Of a stretch of DNA of 46,291 nt, positions 1 through 9,457 are shown piece after piece. Numbering within the stretch: the first letter of the stretch is position 1; each line of letters opens with the position of its first letter. A model generated the notes under the pieces. The model saw only the letters and a program-made list of their open reading frames with translations, had not been told where the DNA came from and ran no database searches. Origin of the DNA: an uncultured Campylobacter sp. (GTDB lineage: Bacteria; Campylobacterota; Campylobacteria; Campylobacterales; Campylobacteraceae); the NCBI RefSeq assembly GCF_937997595.1, contig NZ_CALKTS010000149.1:1-46291 (forward strand), written 5' to 3'. The position numbers and the translations under genes are program-made.

Positions 1-1596
1 CGTTCTCGTCAAAACGAGGCAGGAAAGCGAGCCGCTTAGACGCGATGAAATTTTAACGTCCTTGACGCGTTCGCCTAAAATTTCTTTGATCTTCGCGGCG
101 ATCTCTTTGGCTTGCGGCGTCGCGGCATCGTCGCTCGCAGCTTCTTGCTTGATCGAAGTTGCGTTTTTAACCGGCGTCTTATCAAACTCAAAAACGCCCG
201 GCATCACTATCGTATCGATCTCATCGTCGCAGAGCAGCACCTCCGTGCCCTCGGCGTTAAATTTCTCGATCAGAGGCGAGCTTTTAAGCATCGCGGCGCT
301 GTTTCCCGCGATGTAATAGATCTCTTTTTGCTCCGCGCCCATTTTTTCCTTATACTCGCTAAGCGTGATGAGACCGTCTCGCAGGTTTGATTTGAAAAGA
401 CAAAGCTTTAAAATTTCCTCTTTGTTTGCGCCGAAGCCGTAAAGCCCCTCTTTCAAAACCTTGCCGAATAATTCGTAAAATTTTATGTATTTTTCCCGAT
501 CGTCCTGCAAAAGTTTCTGTAGCTCGGATAGAATTTTTTTGACGCTCTGTTCGCGGACGTAGGCAAGAATTCGATTTTCTTGCAGAATTTCGCGGCTTAC
601 GTTTAGCGGCAGATCCTCGACGTCCATTATGCCGCGTACGAAGCGCAGATAGCTAGGCAGCAGCTCTTTGGCATCGTCGGTGATGAAAACGCGCTTGACG
701 TAGAGCTTCACGCCGCTTTGATAATCGACGCGATATAGATCGAAGGGCTCGCTGCTCGGCACGTAAAAAAGCGTCGTGTACTCGTGCGTGCCCTCGGCCT
801 TGGTGTGGATGTAAAACAGCGGATCGCCGCTATCGTGGCTGATCTGCTTATAAAATTCATTGTAATCGCTCGGCTTTAGGCTGTTTTTTGGCAGCTGCCA
901 AAGCGCGCTCGCGCGGTTGATCTGGACGTTTTTAACTTCGCTATGTCCCTGCTCGCCCTCTTTTTGCGCAGGAATGTATTCTTCTTTATCCATAAAGATC
1001 GGATAGGGGATGTGGTTGGAGTATTTTTTGATGATGCCTTCGAGCCTATATTCGTCCAAAAACTCCTCATCTTTCATATGTAGGATTATCGTCGTGCCGA
1101 AGTCCTCTTTTTGCGCCTTTTCGATAGCGTAGTTGCTCGCATCGCTGCTCCATTTAAAAGCGTCCTGCGAGAGCGGCTTGCGGCTGATAACATCGATACG
1201 GTCCGCTACCATAAACGCCGAATAAAACCCGACGCCGAACTGCCCGATGAGGTTACTGTCCTTCGCCGCATCGCCGCTAAGGCTCGCCATAAAGCCCTTC
1301 GTGCCGCTGCGCGCGATGGTGCCTAGATTGCTCTCGAGCTCGGCTTCGTCCATGCCTATGCCGTTGTCGCCGATGCTTAGCGTTTTGGCCTCTTTGTCGA
1401 TCTTTATATCGATGCGCGGCACATACGAAAGCGCCTTGTAATCGTCATTCGTAAGGCTTAGATAGTTTAATTTATCCAGCGCGTCGCTTGCGTTTGAGAT
1501 CAGCTCGCGCAAAAAAATCTCCTTGTTTGAATAAAGCGAATGGATCATCAAATTTAGCAGATCATTCACTTCGGTCTTAAATTTTTTCTTTGCCAT
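1..1596 (-). CDS. htpG: Chaperone HtpG (Hsp90); C-terminus runs off the left edge of the window
   Basis: Not in the ORF track because no stop lies in the window. Manual translation from ATG at 1596 gives [42 protein letters not shown], then [13 protein letters not shown] and [12 protein letters not shown], the Hsp90 ATPase signatures. AAGGA RBS upstream. Confidence 0.97.
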   Translation of the reverse strand, partial: MAKKKFKTEVNDLLNLMIHSLYSNKEIFLRELISNASDALDKLNYLSLTNDDYKALSYVPRIDIKIDKEAKTLSIGDNGIGMDEAELESNLGTIARSGTKGFMASLSGDAAKDSNLIGQFGVGFYSAFMVADRIDVISRKPLSQDAFKWSSDASNYAIEKAQKEDFGTTIILHMKDEEFLDEYRLEGIIKKYSNHIPYPIFMDKEEYIPAQKEGEQGHSEVKNVQINRASALWQLPKNSLKPSDYNEFYKQISHDSGDPLFYIHTKAEGTHEYTTLFYVPSSEPFDLYRVDYQSGVKLYVKRVFITDDAKELLPSYLRFVRGIMDVEDLPLNVSREILQENRILAYVREQSVKKILSELQKLLQDDREKYIKFYELFGKVLKEGLYGFGANKEEILKLCLFKSNLRDGLITLSEYKEKMGAEQKEIYYIAGNSAAMLKSSPLIEKFNAEGTEVLLCDDEIDTIVMPGVFEFDKTPVKNATSIKQEAASDDAATPQAKEIAAKIKEILGERVKDVKISSRLSGSLSCLVLTRT

Positions 1597-1618
1597 TATG
1601 CGGTCCTTTTTAAAAATT

Positions 1619-1654
1619 TTGGCAGATTATATCATGGAGTGCTAATCTTGTCAA
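1619..1654 (-). promoter_or_regulatory. sigma70 promoter of htpG overlapped by a CIRCE-like (HrcA) operator
   Basis: Minus strand reads TTGACA (1654-1649), 17 bp spacer, TATAAT (1631-1626), with an extended -10 TG. GAGTGCTAA at 1637-1645 is a perfect CIRCE arm; TTGGCAGAT at 1619-1627 is a 5/9 arm at the canonical 9 bp spacing. Confidence 0.8.
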
Positions 1655-1667
1655 GAGTAGAATAAAT

Positions 1668-1694
1668 AAACTTGATATGAATCCTATCAAGTTT
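1668..1694. promoter_or_regulatory. HAIR-like (HspR) operator
   Basis: Perfect inverted repeat AAACTTGATA-N7-TATCAAGTTT, matching the CTTGAGT-N7-ACTCAAG HAIR architecture, just upstream of the htpG -35. Confidence 0.75.
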
Positions 1695-1931
1695 TGGAAA
1701 TTTACGCGCGCCCGAAGTATATGAAATTTAAACCCGGCTGCGGATTATACAGCGAGAACCGATCCGAATTTAACGGCGCATCTGCGCTAAATTTACAAAT
1801 TCTTTTTAGTCGTCGTTTTTTGAAAAATTCAAAACAAAATGATATAATTCCTCTCGATTCCGATGCGATTTTTATGATAAAAACGGGCGTTTGACTAAAA
1901 CAAAATTTATCGAGCAAAAAAAGGATTTCAT

Positions 1932-2843
1932 TTGAATAACGAAGAAATTATACAACGCATAAATGAGCTGAGAGAAAAGCGAGGCAAAAATTTAAAAAGC
2001 CCAAGTGAAAATGTCTGCGAGACAAGTTCTAATGCAGATATGGATACGGATGCTGCCGCAAATTTGGCCGAAAAATCAGGCGCAGGTTCGGCCGCAAATT
2101 TAAGCAAAAAACCGAGCCCTAAGCCCTCCGTCGCTACCGCAAGAAACGAACAATCGATCAAAGACGCGGACCTCCGTACTCCACGCAATAATCGATCTAC
2201 GCCGAAAATACTCCCTCTCGTTGTCATATGTATAATCGCGATCTTTATAGCGATAAAAGCGCCTTTTCGCACAGAAATTTTGAACGAAACCCGAATTCCT
2301 ATCAATCAAGCAAACGAAGACGCAAATAAAAATCCTAAAGAAATTTCTATTCGCACCAAAGACGGCACTTTAAAAATGAAAAATCCCGTAAGATTTCGCG
2401 AAGATTGCGACAGCGGGGATGGCGATGCCTGCGCCGTACTTTCGAGCCTGCTGCTATTAAATGGCGAAATTTCGCAAGATGGCGCCAAAGATCTGCTTAA
2501 AAAAGGCTGCTACGATCTTAACGGCGGCGAAAGCTGCACGAGACTCGCAGGCTACGAGGATAGAGATTCGCAAGAGGGCAGAAAATTGTACAAAAAAGCA
2601 TGCAAGCTCGGTAACGGCGAGGGTTGCTTTATGTTCGGTTACGTCGCGTATTTTGACGACGATGACAAAGAAGCGGGTACGCAATGCTTTGAGCGATCGT
2701 GCGAGTTACGATTTGCGGAGGCATGCTATTTTCTAGTGGGAATTTATTCAAATGATCCGGCAAAATCGCAAAGATATCAGGCTCTGTTTGAAAAATATCA
2801 ACAAGAAAACAACGATGCGATAATCAGCTTTAGGCGCAGATAA
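1932..2843 (+). CDS. Membrane-anchored Sel1-like / Hcp-type cysteine-rich repeat protein
   Basis: TTG start with AAGGA RBS; low-complexity N-terminus; one TM segment (ILPLVVICIIAIFIAI); C-terminal paired-Cys repeats (KKGCYDLNGGESC, YKKACKLGNGEGC, FERSCELRFAEAC). Confidence 0.75.
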   Translation: MNNEEIIQRINELREKRGKNLKSPSENVCETSSNADMDTDAAANLAEKSGAGSAANLSKKPSPKPSVATARNEQSIKDADLRTPRNNRSTPKILPLVVICIIAIFIAIKAPFRTEILNETRIPINQANEDANKNPKEISIRTKDGTLKMKNPVRFREDCDSGDGDACAVLSSLLLLNGEISQDGAKDLLKKGCYDLNGGESCTRLAGYEDRDSQEGRKLYKKACKLGNGEGCFMFGYVAYFDDDDKEAGTQCFERSCELRFAEACYFLVGIYSNDPAKSQRYQALFEKYQQENNDAIISFRRR

Positions 2844-3080
2844 TTTTATGGCTCAATGCACTTTTGCGCACTTTGTTTGCGCGCTTAAATTTGCGCAAAT
2901 CAAAAAAACGTCCGTCACCTGCAAGCATGCAAATTTAAAATTTTTACTCAAACCGAAGCGCCGCGTAAAATTTACGCAAACGCAAAAGTCAAATTTAATC
3001 GGTTTATAAATTTAAAGCCTCGTGCAGAGGTCGTCTCAAATTTACACACAAAGTACGGGCATAAAAAAAACGGAGGCGCC

Positions 3081-4094
3081 TTAAATTTTACTCATCACGT
3101 CGTCGATTATCGCTTGTACACCGTTTCGATCCGCGAGCTCAAGCAGCCCTTTACTTGCGCGCGCCACGTCAAAGCTCTCAATCAAGCTCAAAATCCGCTC
3201 GCCGCTCGCGTCCTGCTGGCGTAAAATTTCGCAAAGTCCGCGCTCTTTAAGAAATTTCGCGTTATAAAACTGATGATCCGCCGCCGCGAACGGAAACGGC
3301 ACAAATATCGCGGGCAGGCCGTTTGCGCAGAGCTCCCACAGCGTGCTGGCACCGCTGCGTCCGACGCAAAGATCGGCGCTTGCGATGAGCTCGTGCATAT
3401 TTTTGCAAAAGCCCACGAGCTGTACATCCAGGCCCTGCTGCGCGTAGGTCTGCGAGATGCGCTCAAACTCGCGCTCGCCGCACTGATGGATCACGCCGTA
3501 GCCGAGGCTCAAAAGCTTGGGCGCAAGCTCCACGGCAAGCGAGTTGATAAAGCTCGCTCCCTGTGAGCCGCCCAAAAAGATGACCCTCTTAAGCGCCGTG
3601 CGCGCCCGCGCCGTCTCGAAAAAAATATCCGCGATCGGATAGGCAAACGCGGGCTTTTCATAGGAGCTGTAAAATGCGCGCGCAAAGGGCTTCAGCAAGC
3701 GGTTGAGCCTCCCGCAAACGGCGTTTTGCTCGTGGATAAAAAACGGCACGCGAGAAAGGATCGCCGCGATGGATGCGGGCGCAGAGCTGTATCCGCCCAC
3801 GCTGATGAGCGCGCGGACGCCGTTTTGCTTTAAAATTTTACGCGCCGCAAGCGAGAGGCGCAGGATATTTAGCAGCGAGGCTAGCTTGGCAAAGCCCTTT
3901 TTATCGACGACGCCCGAACTTTGCAAAAAATAGGTGCGCGCAAAAAGCTCGCTATTTTCAAACCACGCGCGATCCTGCCCGCGGTTTGAGCCGATAAAGA
4001 TCGCCCTGATGCCCTGCTTTGCAAGGCGGGCGGCTAAATTTTTAGCGATTATCAGATGCCCGCCGGTGCCGCCGCCGCTGATTGCTATGACCAT
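3081..4094 (-). CDS. murG: UDP-GlcNAc:lipid I transferase MurG
   Basis: GGGTGGH, GGYSS, HEQN, GGSQGA, RSGAST and DHQFYNA motifs. Confidence 0.97.
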   Translation of the reverse strand: MVIAISGGGTGGHLIIAKNLAARLAKQGIRAIFIGSNRGQDRAWFENSELFARTYFLQSSGVVDKKGFAKLASLLNILRLSLAARKILKQNGVRALISVGGYSSAPASIAAILSRVPFFIHEQNAVCGRLNRLLKPFARAFYSSYEKPAFAYPIADIFFETARARTALKRVIFLGGSQGASFINSLAVELAPKLLSLGYGVIHQCGEREFERISQTYAQQGLDVQLVGFCKNMHELIASADLCVGRSGASTLWELCANGLPAIFVPFPFAAADHQFYNAKFLKERGLCEILRQQDASGERILSLIESFDVARASKGLLELADRNGVQAIIDDVMSKI

Positions 4095-4230
4095 ACTTTT
4101 CCTTTAAATTTATAAAATTTCGCGCTTAAATTTAAGCCGCGGCGCGCTTCGGCGTAGAATTTTAAGCACAAATTCGGCTTTAAATTTACGTCTAAATTTA
4201 AACTACGCTCGCCCAAAACCCGCAAAAGCC

Positions 4231-5391
4231 TTAAAATTTAGCCCTTTTCGACGCCATCAAAACGAGCCCCACCGCAAACGACGCCGCGAGCAGATGGCTG
4301 CCGCCGTAGCTTAGAAACGGTACGGCGATGCCCTTAACCGGCGAGATTGACGTGATGCCGTAGGAGTTGATGATGAACGAAAAGAAAAACATAAAGCCGA
4401 TACCCAGGCAAAAGAGGAAATTTACGTTACTCGGCGACTTGCTCGCGGTCTGAAAGATGCGAAATAGCATCGCATAAAATAGCGCCACGATGAGCAAAAT
4501 CCCGATAAATCCCCACTCCTCGGCGATGCCTGCGAGCACGAAGTCGGTATGCACCTCGCTCAGATAGCCTAGCTTAAAACTTCCAAGCCCAAGCCCCTGC
4601 CCGAAAAACTCGCCGTTGTTTATCGCATTTAGCGAGTGTCCGACCTGATACGGCGCGCTAGCGTCCTCTATACGCAGCCCGGCGGCGGTCTCCGGCGACA
4701 TAAACGACAGCACGAAATCCTGCACGCCGCCCCACCACGAGCGCACGCGATCGACCCTGTGCGCGCTCGTGACGATAAAAACGTAAGCAAGCCCCAAAAT
4801 CCCCATAAAGCTAAAGCCGATGAGCTTAAAGCTAGTGCCTGCGAAAAGCGACATAAAAATCATCGTAAGCCCCAGCACCGCGACCTGTCCCAGATCGTTT
4901 TGCACGATGGCGACTAGGATTACGACGAAGCCGAAAAGCGCTACGTAAGGAAGCAGCGTCGCGATCTCGCGCCCGATGCTTTTTTTGGAGTGATCGAGTT
5001 TGCGCGAGAAGCTCCACGCCAAAAAGTAGATGAAGCCCACCTTGAAAAATTCCACCGGCGCGAGGTTAAAAAACGGCAGCCTGATCCAGCGCGCTGCGCC
5101 GTTTACGTCGGCGACCAAGGATTTGGGCAAAAAGCCCATCGCGAGCATCAAAATCCCCATGATCGCAAAAAGCGACATGCACACCGGCGTTAGGCATTTA
5201 TCGGGATCGGCGCGCGAGACGATCCACATCACCGCGATGCAGGCGATCCCCACCGCGCACTGGCGATAAAAAAAATGTAGCGGCGTAGTGCCCAGCAGAA
5301 GCACCGTATAGGAGCTCAGCGACAGCGAAAATATCATGCCGATCGTAATGAGCGCGCAGGTGAAGTAATATAGCCATTTATCGGTTCTCAA
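4231..5391 (-). CDS. ftsW: SEDS-family cell division protein FtsW
   Basis: Polytopic membrane protein with NGAARWI, PVEFFK, QNDLG, SEVHTDF and PFLSYGGS; lies upstream of murG. Confidence 0.93.
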   Translation of the reverse strand: MRTDKWLYYFTCALITIGMIFSLSLSSYTVLLLGTTPLHFFYRQCAVGIACIAVMWIVSRADPDKCLTPVCMSLFAIMGILMLAMGFLPKSLVADVNGAARWIRLPFFNLAPVEFFKVGFIYFLAWSFSRKLDHSKKSIGREIATLLPYVALFGFVVILVAIVQNDLGQVAVLGLTMIFMSLFAGTSFKLIGFSFMGILGLAYVFIVTSAHRVDRVRSWWGGVQDFVLSFMSPETAAGLRIEDASAPYQVGHSLNAINNGEFFGQGLGLGSFKLGYLSEVHTDFVLAGIAEEWGFIGILLIVALFYAMLFRIFQTASKSPSNVNFLFCLGIGFMFFFSFIINSYGITSISPVKGIAVPFLSYGGSHLLAASFAVGLVLMASKRAKF

Positions 5392-5589
5392 TCATCTCTC
5401 CGTTTTAAAATTTATTCGCATTTATGTGCGCCGTGCACGCTTCGTCTGCCGCGCGAGCTCAAACCTCGCATCGCGCCCGTGCCGCACGGCGCCGATCGTG
5501 GCACCGCCTTTTAAAAAGCGTACGGCACGACCACGTATTGTCTTTTGGCACGCAGCACGATCGTGCATCTTTGATGCATAGCGCAAATT

Positions 5590-5825
5590 TTATTCTCGCA
5601 CATAAGGCGGCTTTGCGGCGTACGCTGCGGGGCAACACGCCACAAGGTACGATCTCGCGCTATCCCGCAAGCGCGTATTGCGTACGCTCTATTCTAACAT
5701 ATCGCGGCGACTTTCGACGCACGCTGCCGCGCCGTAGAGCGCAACCTCGCACTATCTTTTAATACACAGGCGGGTGCATTTTACTCTGGCAGGCGTATCG
5801 CGGCGGCTTTTAGCACGCGGTAGCT
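5590..5825. repeat. Degenerate ~95 bp tandem repeat (about 2.5 copies) in the ftsK-ftsW spacer
   Basis: Units start near 5590, 5689 and 5781 and share TAYTCT...GGCGRCTTT...GYACGC; CTCGCRCTATC occurs in the first two units. Confidence 0.55.
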
Positions 5826-6876
5826 GCAAAATTTTAAGCCGCAACATCATTGCAAACGCGCTCACATGCCGATCGATTTTCAGCGCACGGACAACGTAAA
5901 ACGCACCGCATCTTACAATAAGCGACTTCGCCGTAAAACGCGCTTGTACCGCAGGCGGTACGAAATTTCGTTTTAAATTTATTCGCCGCTACGTCGCAAA
6001 TTTTATTAAATTTATGCGTACGGCGATAAATTTTCCGTTCTAAAATTTTACGCCGCAGAGCATGTAAGCACATTCGTATCGCAAAACATACCGCATGCAG
6101 CCGCACTGCGAATTATAACCCACACAAAACACCGCGCGCCAAACAGCTTTGTCGCGCCGTTCACGATCTATCGGCTTTTGGCGTGTGACACGGGTACTCG
6201 CACTGGAAATCAGCCGCTGTGAACGACAACCTCAGTACTCTGTGCATCGACCTTCAAAGTATGAAATCTTTCCGCCAATATACTCGCGCGCGGGCAAGCC
6301 AGTCTGCAGCAACTTCTTCCGCTTGCGCAGTCGCAAGACGTTTCATATCGGCGTAGCGAGATTTAAAATTCAGGTCCGCTGCGGCAAATTTTAAAATTTC
6401 AAAATGCAAGAAAACGGCGAAATTTTAAAATCAAAATTTGCGCCGCCTGTCATCCCCGTATGCAGCAGTTTCGGATAAAATTTCAAATTTACGTCGCGGA
6501 TTGCCGCGGCGCCTTGAACGAAATTTATCCGCCGCAGAGCGCCTATCGCTCACGTATCGGCAGCACAGCAAGCTCTCAATTCTGCGTCGCAGATGAAATT
6601 TAAATATCGCCTAGCGTTAAAATTTAAATCTCAAAGCTCTTTCGCTCAAATTTTAGAATTTTAAATCCTGTGCTTTTTTAGCTCCGCTTGCGCCTTATAA
6701 AATTCAGACAACTCGCACGTCGCAAACGCAAGCTGCAAAACGTGCTGTTTATACCCGCCGAGCACTACTTTTAAACGCCTCCCGCACCGCAAAGAACTTT
6801 GACACATCCGCGCATCCATGTAAACCGTCCGCCTTGCTACAGCCACAGAAGCACAAGCGCGAGCTGCAAAACGCAC

Positions 6877-7050
6877 AAATTTTAAAATTTAAAATCCGCC
6901 ATGTAGATTAAAAAATTTTAAAATTCCACCGCTTCAAATCCGATCAATTTTAGAATTTTACCGACGCAGATCGATTAAATTTTAAAAATTCTAGCACCCG
7001 CAAATCCAATAAATTTCAAAATTTCGCCGCTTAAATTTTATCGAAATTTT
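6877..7050. repeat. Degenerate ~31-36 bp tandem array of paired RAATTY motifs
   Basis: 11 RAATTY sites at 6877, 6885, 6913, 6921, 6953, 6977, 6986, 7011, 7019, 7033 and 7044, mostly in pairs 8-9 bp apart separated by CCGC...AAATCC/GATC linkers. Confidence 0.7.
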
Positions 7051-7055
7051 AAAGC

Positions 7056-9338
7056 TTACTTGATTATGTCGCGCTGGCCTTTGGCGTTGATCTCGCTCAA
7101 AACACCCATCTGTTCGAGCTGTTCGATGATCGTCGCGGCGCGGTTATACCCGATACGCAAGCGGCGCTGCAGGTAGCTGATCGAGGTTTTCTCCTCCTCC
7201 AAGACTATCGCCTTCGCCTCGTCGTAAAGCTCGTCAAGCACGATATTTTGCGGATTGATTATACCGCCTTCTTGCTTGGCGCCCTCGTTTTCGATCAAAA
7301 ATCTCTCGTCATAAACGACGCTTTCTTGCGCTTTTAAAAATTCTGCGATTTTGTTGATCTCATTCTCGGTCGTAAACGGCGCATGCAGGCGGATGAGCCC
7401 TGGCGCGGTAGGCGGCGTAAACAGCATATCGCCACGCCCAAGTAGGCTGTCCGCGCCCATCTGATCCAAAATCACCTTGCTATCGACCTTTGAGCCCACG
7501 CGGAAGCTGATGCGGCTAGGCAAATTCGCCTTTATCAGCCCCGTGACGACGTCCACGCTAGGGCGCTGCGTCGCTACGATGAGATGGATGCCGCTAGCGC
7601 GCGCCATCTGCGCCAAACGCGCGATATAGTGCTCCACATCCTTGCCGCTCGTCATCATCAGATCCGCGAGCTCGTCGATGATAACGACGATGTAAGGCAA
7701 AATTTCGCCGCCCTCGCGCAGCATCTTTTCGTTGTAGTTGTCGATATTTTTCGTCCTGTTTTGTGCCATGAGCGAGTAGCGCTGCTCCATCTCTGAAACA
7801 AGATTACTTAGTGCGATGATCGCCTGCTTAGGTTGCGTGATGACGGGCGTCAGCAGGTGCGGGATGTCGTTGTAGATGCTAAACTCGAGCATCTTGGGAT
7901 CGATCATTATAAGGCGCAGGCTTTTGGGCGAGTTGCGATACAAAAGGCTAAGCAGCATGGCGTTGATGCCCACGCTCTTGCCGCTTCCCGTGGTGCCTGC
8001 GATGAGAAGGTGCGGCAGCTTCTTAAGATCGGTGACGAAAGGCTGCCCCACGATATCCTTGCCAAGTACGATGGTAAGCGGGCTGGAAGCGCTTTTAAAC
8101 ACGTCGCTTTCTAAAATTTCGCGCAGATATATCGTATCGATATTTTGATTCGGGATCTCGATGCCCACGACGTCTTTGCCCGGAACCGGCGCTTGGATGC
8201 GGATGGTCTGCGCCCGAAGAGCCATCGCGAGATCATCTTGCAGCGTTAGAATTTTACTTACTTTGATGTGCGCGGCGGGGCGAAACTCAAAGGTCGTAAC
8301 GACCGGGCCCGAGTAGGTCCGCACCACATCGCCGTCGATCTTAAATTTACGCAGCTTATCGAGCAGGTCGTAAATTTTACGATCGATCTCGCTCTCATCG
8401 ATATTGCTTTTCTTTTTCGGCGGCGGGTTTAAAAAATCAAGCGGCGGCAGCTTAAAATCCTTGGGCTTAGCCACCCTGCCCTTATCGAGCTGATCCAAAA
8501 GCCTTTTGTTTTCGGCGACCTCGCTTAGGCGCTCGACCCTTTTTAGTCTGCTCGGCTTTCCCTTTTGCGGCATTTTAAGCTCGCGTTCAGCGGAAGCCTG
8601 CAGACCCTGCGCGTCACTGAAATTCTGCTCATTCTCGGGCTCGCGAGCATCGTTTAAATTTTGTAAATTTTGCCCGCTTTCAAAACCGCGTCCGCTTGCG
8701 CCCTGCTCCGCAAAATTACCCTGTTTTGCCGAATTGTCCTCTGTGCTCAAAGCGTCATTCAAAGCGTTAAAATTTTCCGTACCTCTCAAGCCCTGCGCAG
8801 ACGAATACCTTGCAAGCCCGCCCCTTTGCGCTGCATCCGCATCGCTAGCGAAATCGTCCTCAATTTCATCCTGCGAGCTTTCATCTCTTGAGCCAATGAA
8901 GCAGTTTTTGATGATGTCGGTAAAACGATCTTCGAATATAAGCACTAGCGAAAGCACAAAAATCGTAATATTAAAAATCCACACGCCGACGCTTCCAATC
9001 ATTCGCCTAAGTCCGTCCACCGCGAAGCTGCCAACTGTTCCACCGCTAGCGCCAAAGAGACTCGACTGCACCATCAAAATGGTAAAAAACAGCAAAATCG
9101 CGCCGATGCTAAACTCAAAAAATCTAAAGTCAAAACCGCGAAAATGCTTATAGGCTACGTATGCTAAGGCGAGCAAAAATAGCGGATAGATGTATGCAAA
9201 ATAGCCGAATAGCTGGGTATTAAATGAGCGGATGGCATTGCCTGCGCTGCCCACAAGCGCGGAATCGGGCGCAATAGTAGCAAGCCCAAAAAATATTATG
9301 ATGGCCGATACGACGATAAAATATACTTCTTTGATTAT
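7056..9338 (-). CDS. ftsK: DNA translocase FtsK (start probably upstream of the GTG at 9254, at ATA 9338)
   Basis: PHLLIAGTTGSGKS Walker A, IDPKMLE, IDELADLMM, ATQRPSVDV and gamma-domain SISYLQRRLRIGYNRA. The frame stays open to 9347 and adds a TM helix. Confidence 0.95.
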   Translation of the reverse strand: MIKEVYFIVVSAIIIFFGLATIAPDSALVGSAGNAIRSFNTQLFGYFAYIYPLFLLALAYVAYKHFRGFDFRFFEFSIGAILLFFTILMVQSSLFGASGGTVGSFAVDGLRRMIGSVGVWIFNITIFVLSLVLIFEDRFTDIIKNCFIGSRDESSQDEIEDDFASDADAAQRGGLARYSSAQGLRGTENFNALNDALSTEDNSAKQGNFAEQGASGRGFESGQNLQNLNDAREPENEQNFSDAQGLQASAERELKMPQKGKPSRLKRVERLSEVAENKRLLDQLDKGRVAKPKDFKLPPLDFLNPPPKKKSNIDESEIDRKIYDLLDKLRKFKIDGDVVRTYSGPVVTTFEFRPAAHIKVSKILTLQDDLAMALRAQTIRIQAPVPGKDVVGIEIPNQNIDTIYLREILESDVFKSASSPLTIVLGKDIVGQPFVTDLKKLPHLLIAGTTGSGKSVGINAMLLSLLYRNSPKSLRLIMIDPKMLEFSIYNDIPHLLTPVITQPKQAIIALSNLVSEMEQRYSLMAQNRTKNIDNYNEKMLREGGEILPYIVVIIDELADLMMTSGKDVEHYIARLAQMARASGIHLIVATQRPSVDVVTGLIKANLPSRISFRVGSKVDSKVILDQMGADSLLGRGDMLFTPPTAPGLIRLHAPFTTENEINKIAEFLKAQESVVYDERFLIENEGAKQEGGIINPQNIVLDELYDEAKAIVLEEEKTSISYLQRRLRIGYNRAATIIEQLEQMGVLSEINAKGQRDIIK

Positions 9339-9422
9339 GATAGATCCTTAAATTTAAAGCGGTATTTTAGCCAAATGAAGGTTAAAATTTTATTTGAAGG
9401 ATGAAATTTGATGATTTGATAA

Positions 9423-9450
9423 AATTCCGCGCCCTCGCAGGCGCGGAATT
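9423..9450 (-). terminator. Intrinsic terminator of the cts operon
   Basis: Perfect 11 bp stem AATTCCGCGCC / GGCGCGGAATT with a 6 nt loop just after the ctsF stop, followed by T-rich sequence on the minus strand. Confidence 0.75.
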
Positions 9451-9457
9451 AAAGGGG

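Noticed and set aside
62..1441. Short ORFs in the track over 62-1441
   Set aside because: They are antisense or off-frame shadows of htpG.
5424..6876. ORFs 5424-5762, 5834-6106, 6149-6394 and 6661-6876 as real genes
   Set aside because: Arg/Ala/Cys-rich translations of repeat DNA with no recognisable motifs or convincing RBS.
6877..7050. Possible CRISPR array (regular ~33 bp periodicity)
   Set aside because: Units are degenerate, there is no identical repeat with unique spacers, and no cas genes are in the window.
8506..9153. 215-aa plus-strand ORF and other long antisense ORFs within murG, ftsW, hslU, leuC and ilvD
   Set aside because: Shadow ORFs expected from the codon bias of the genes on the opposite strand.
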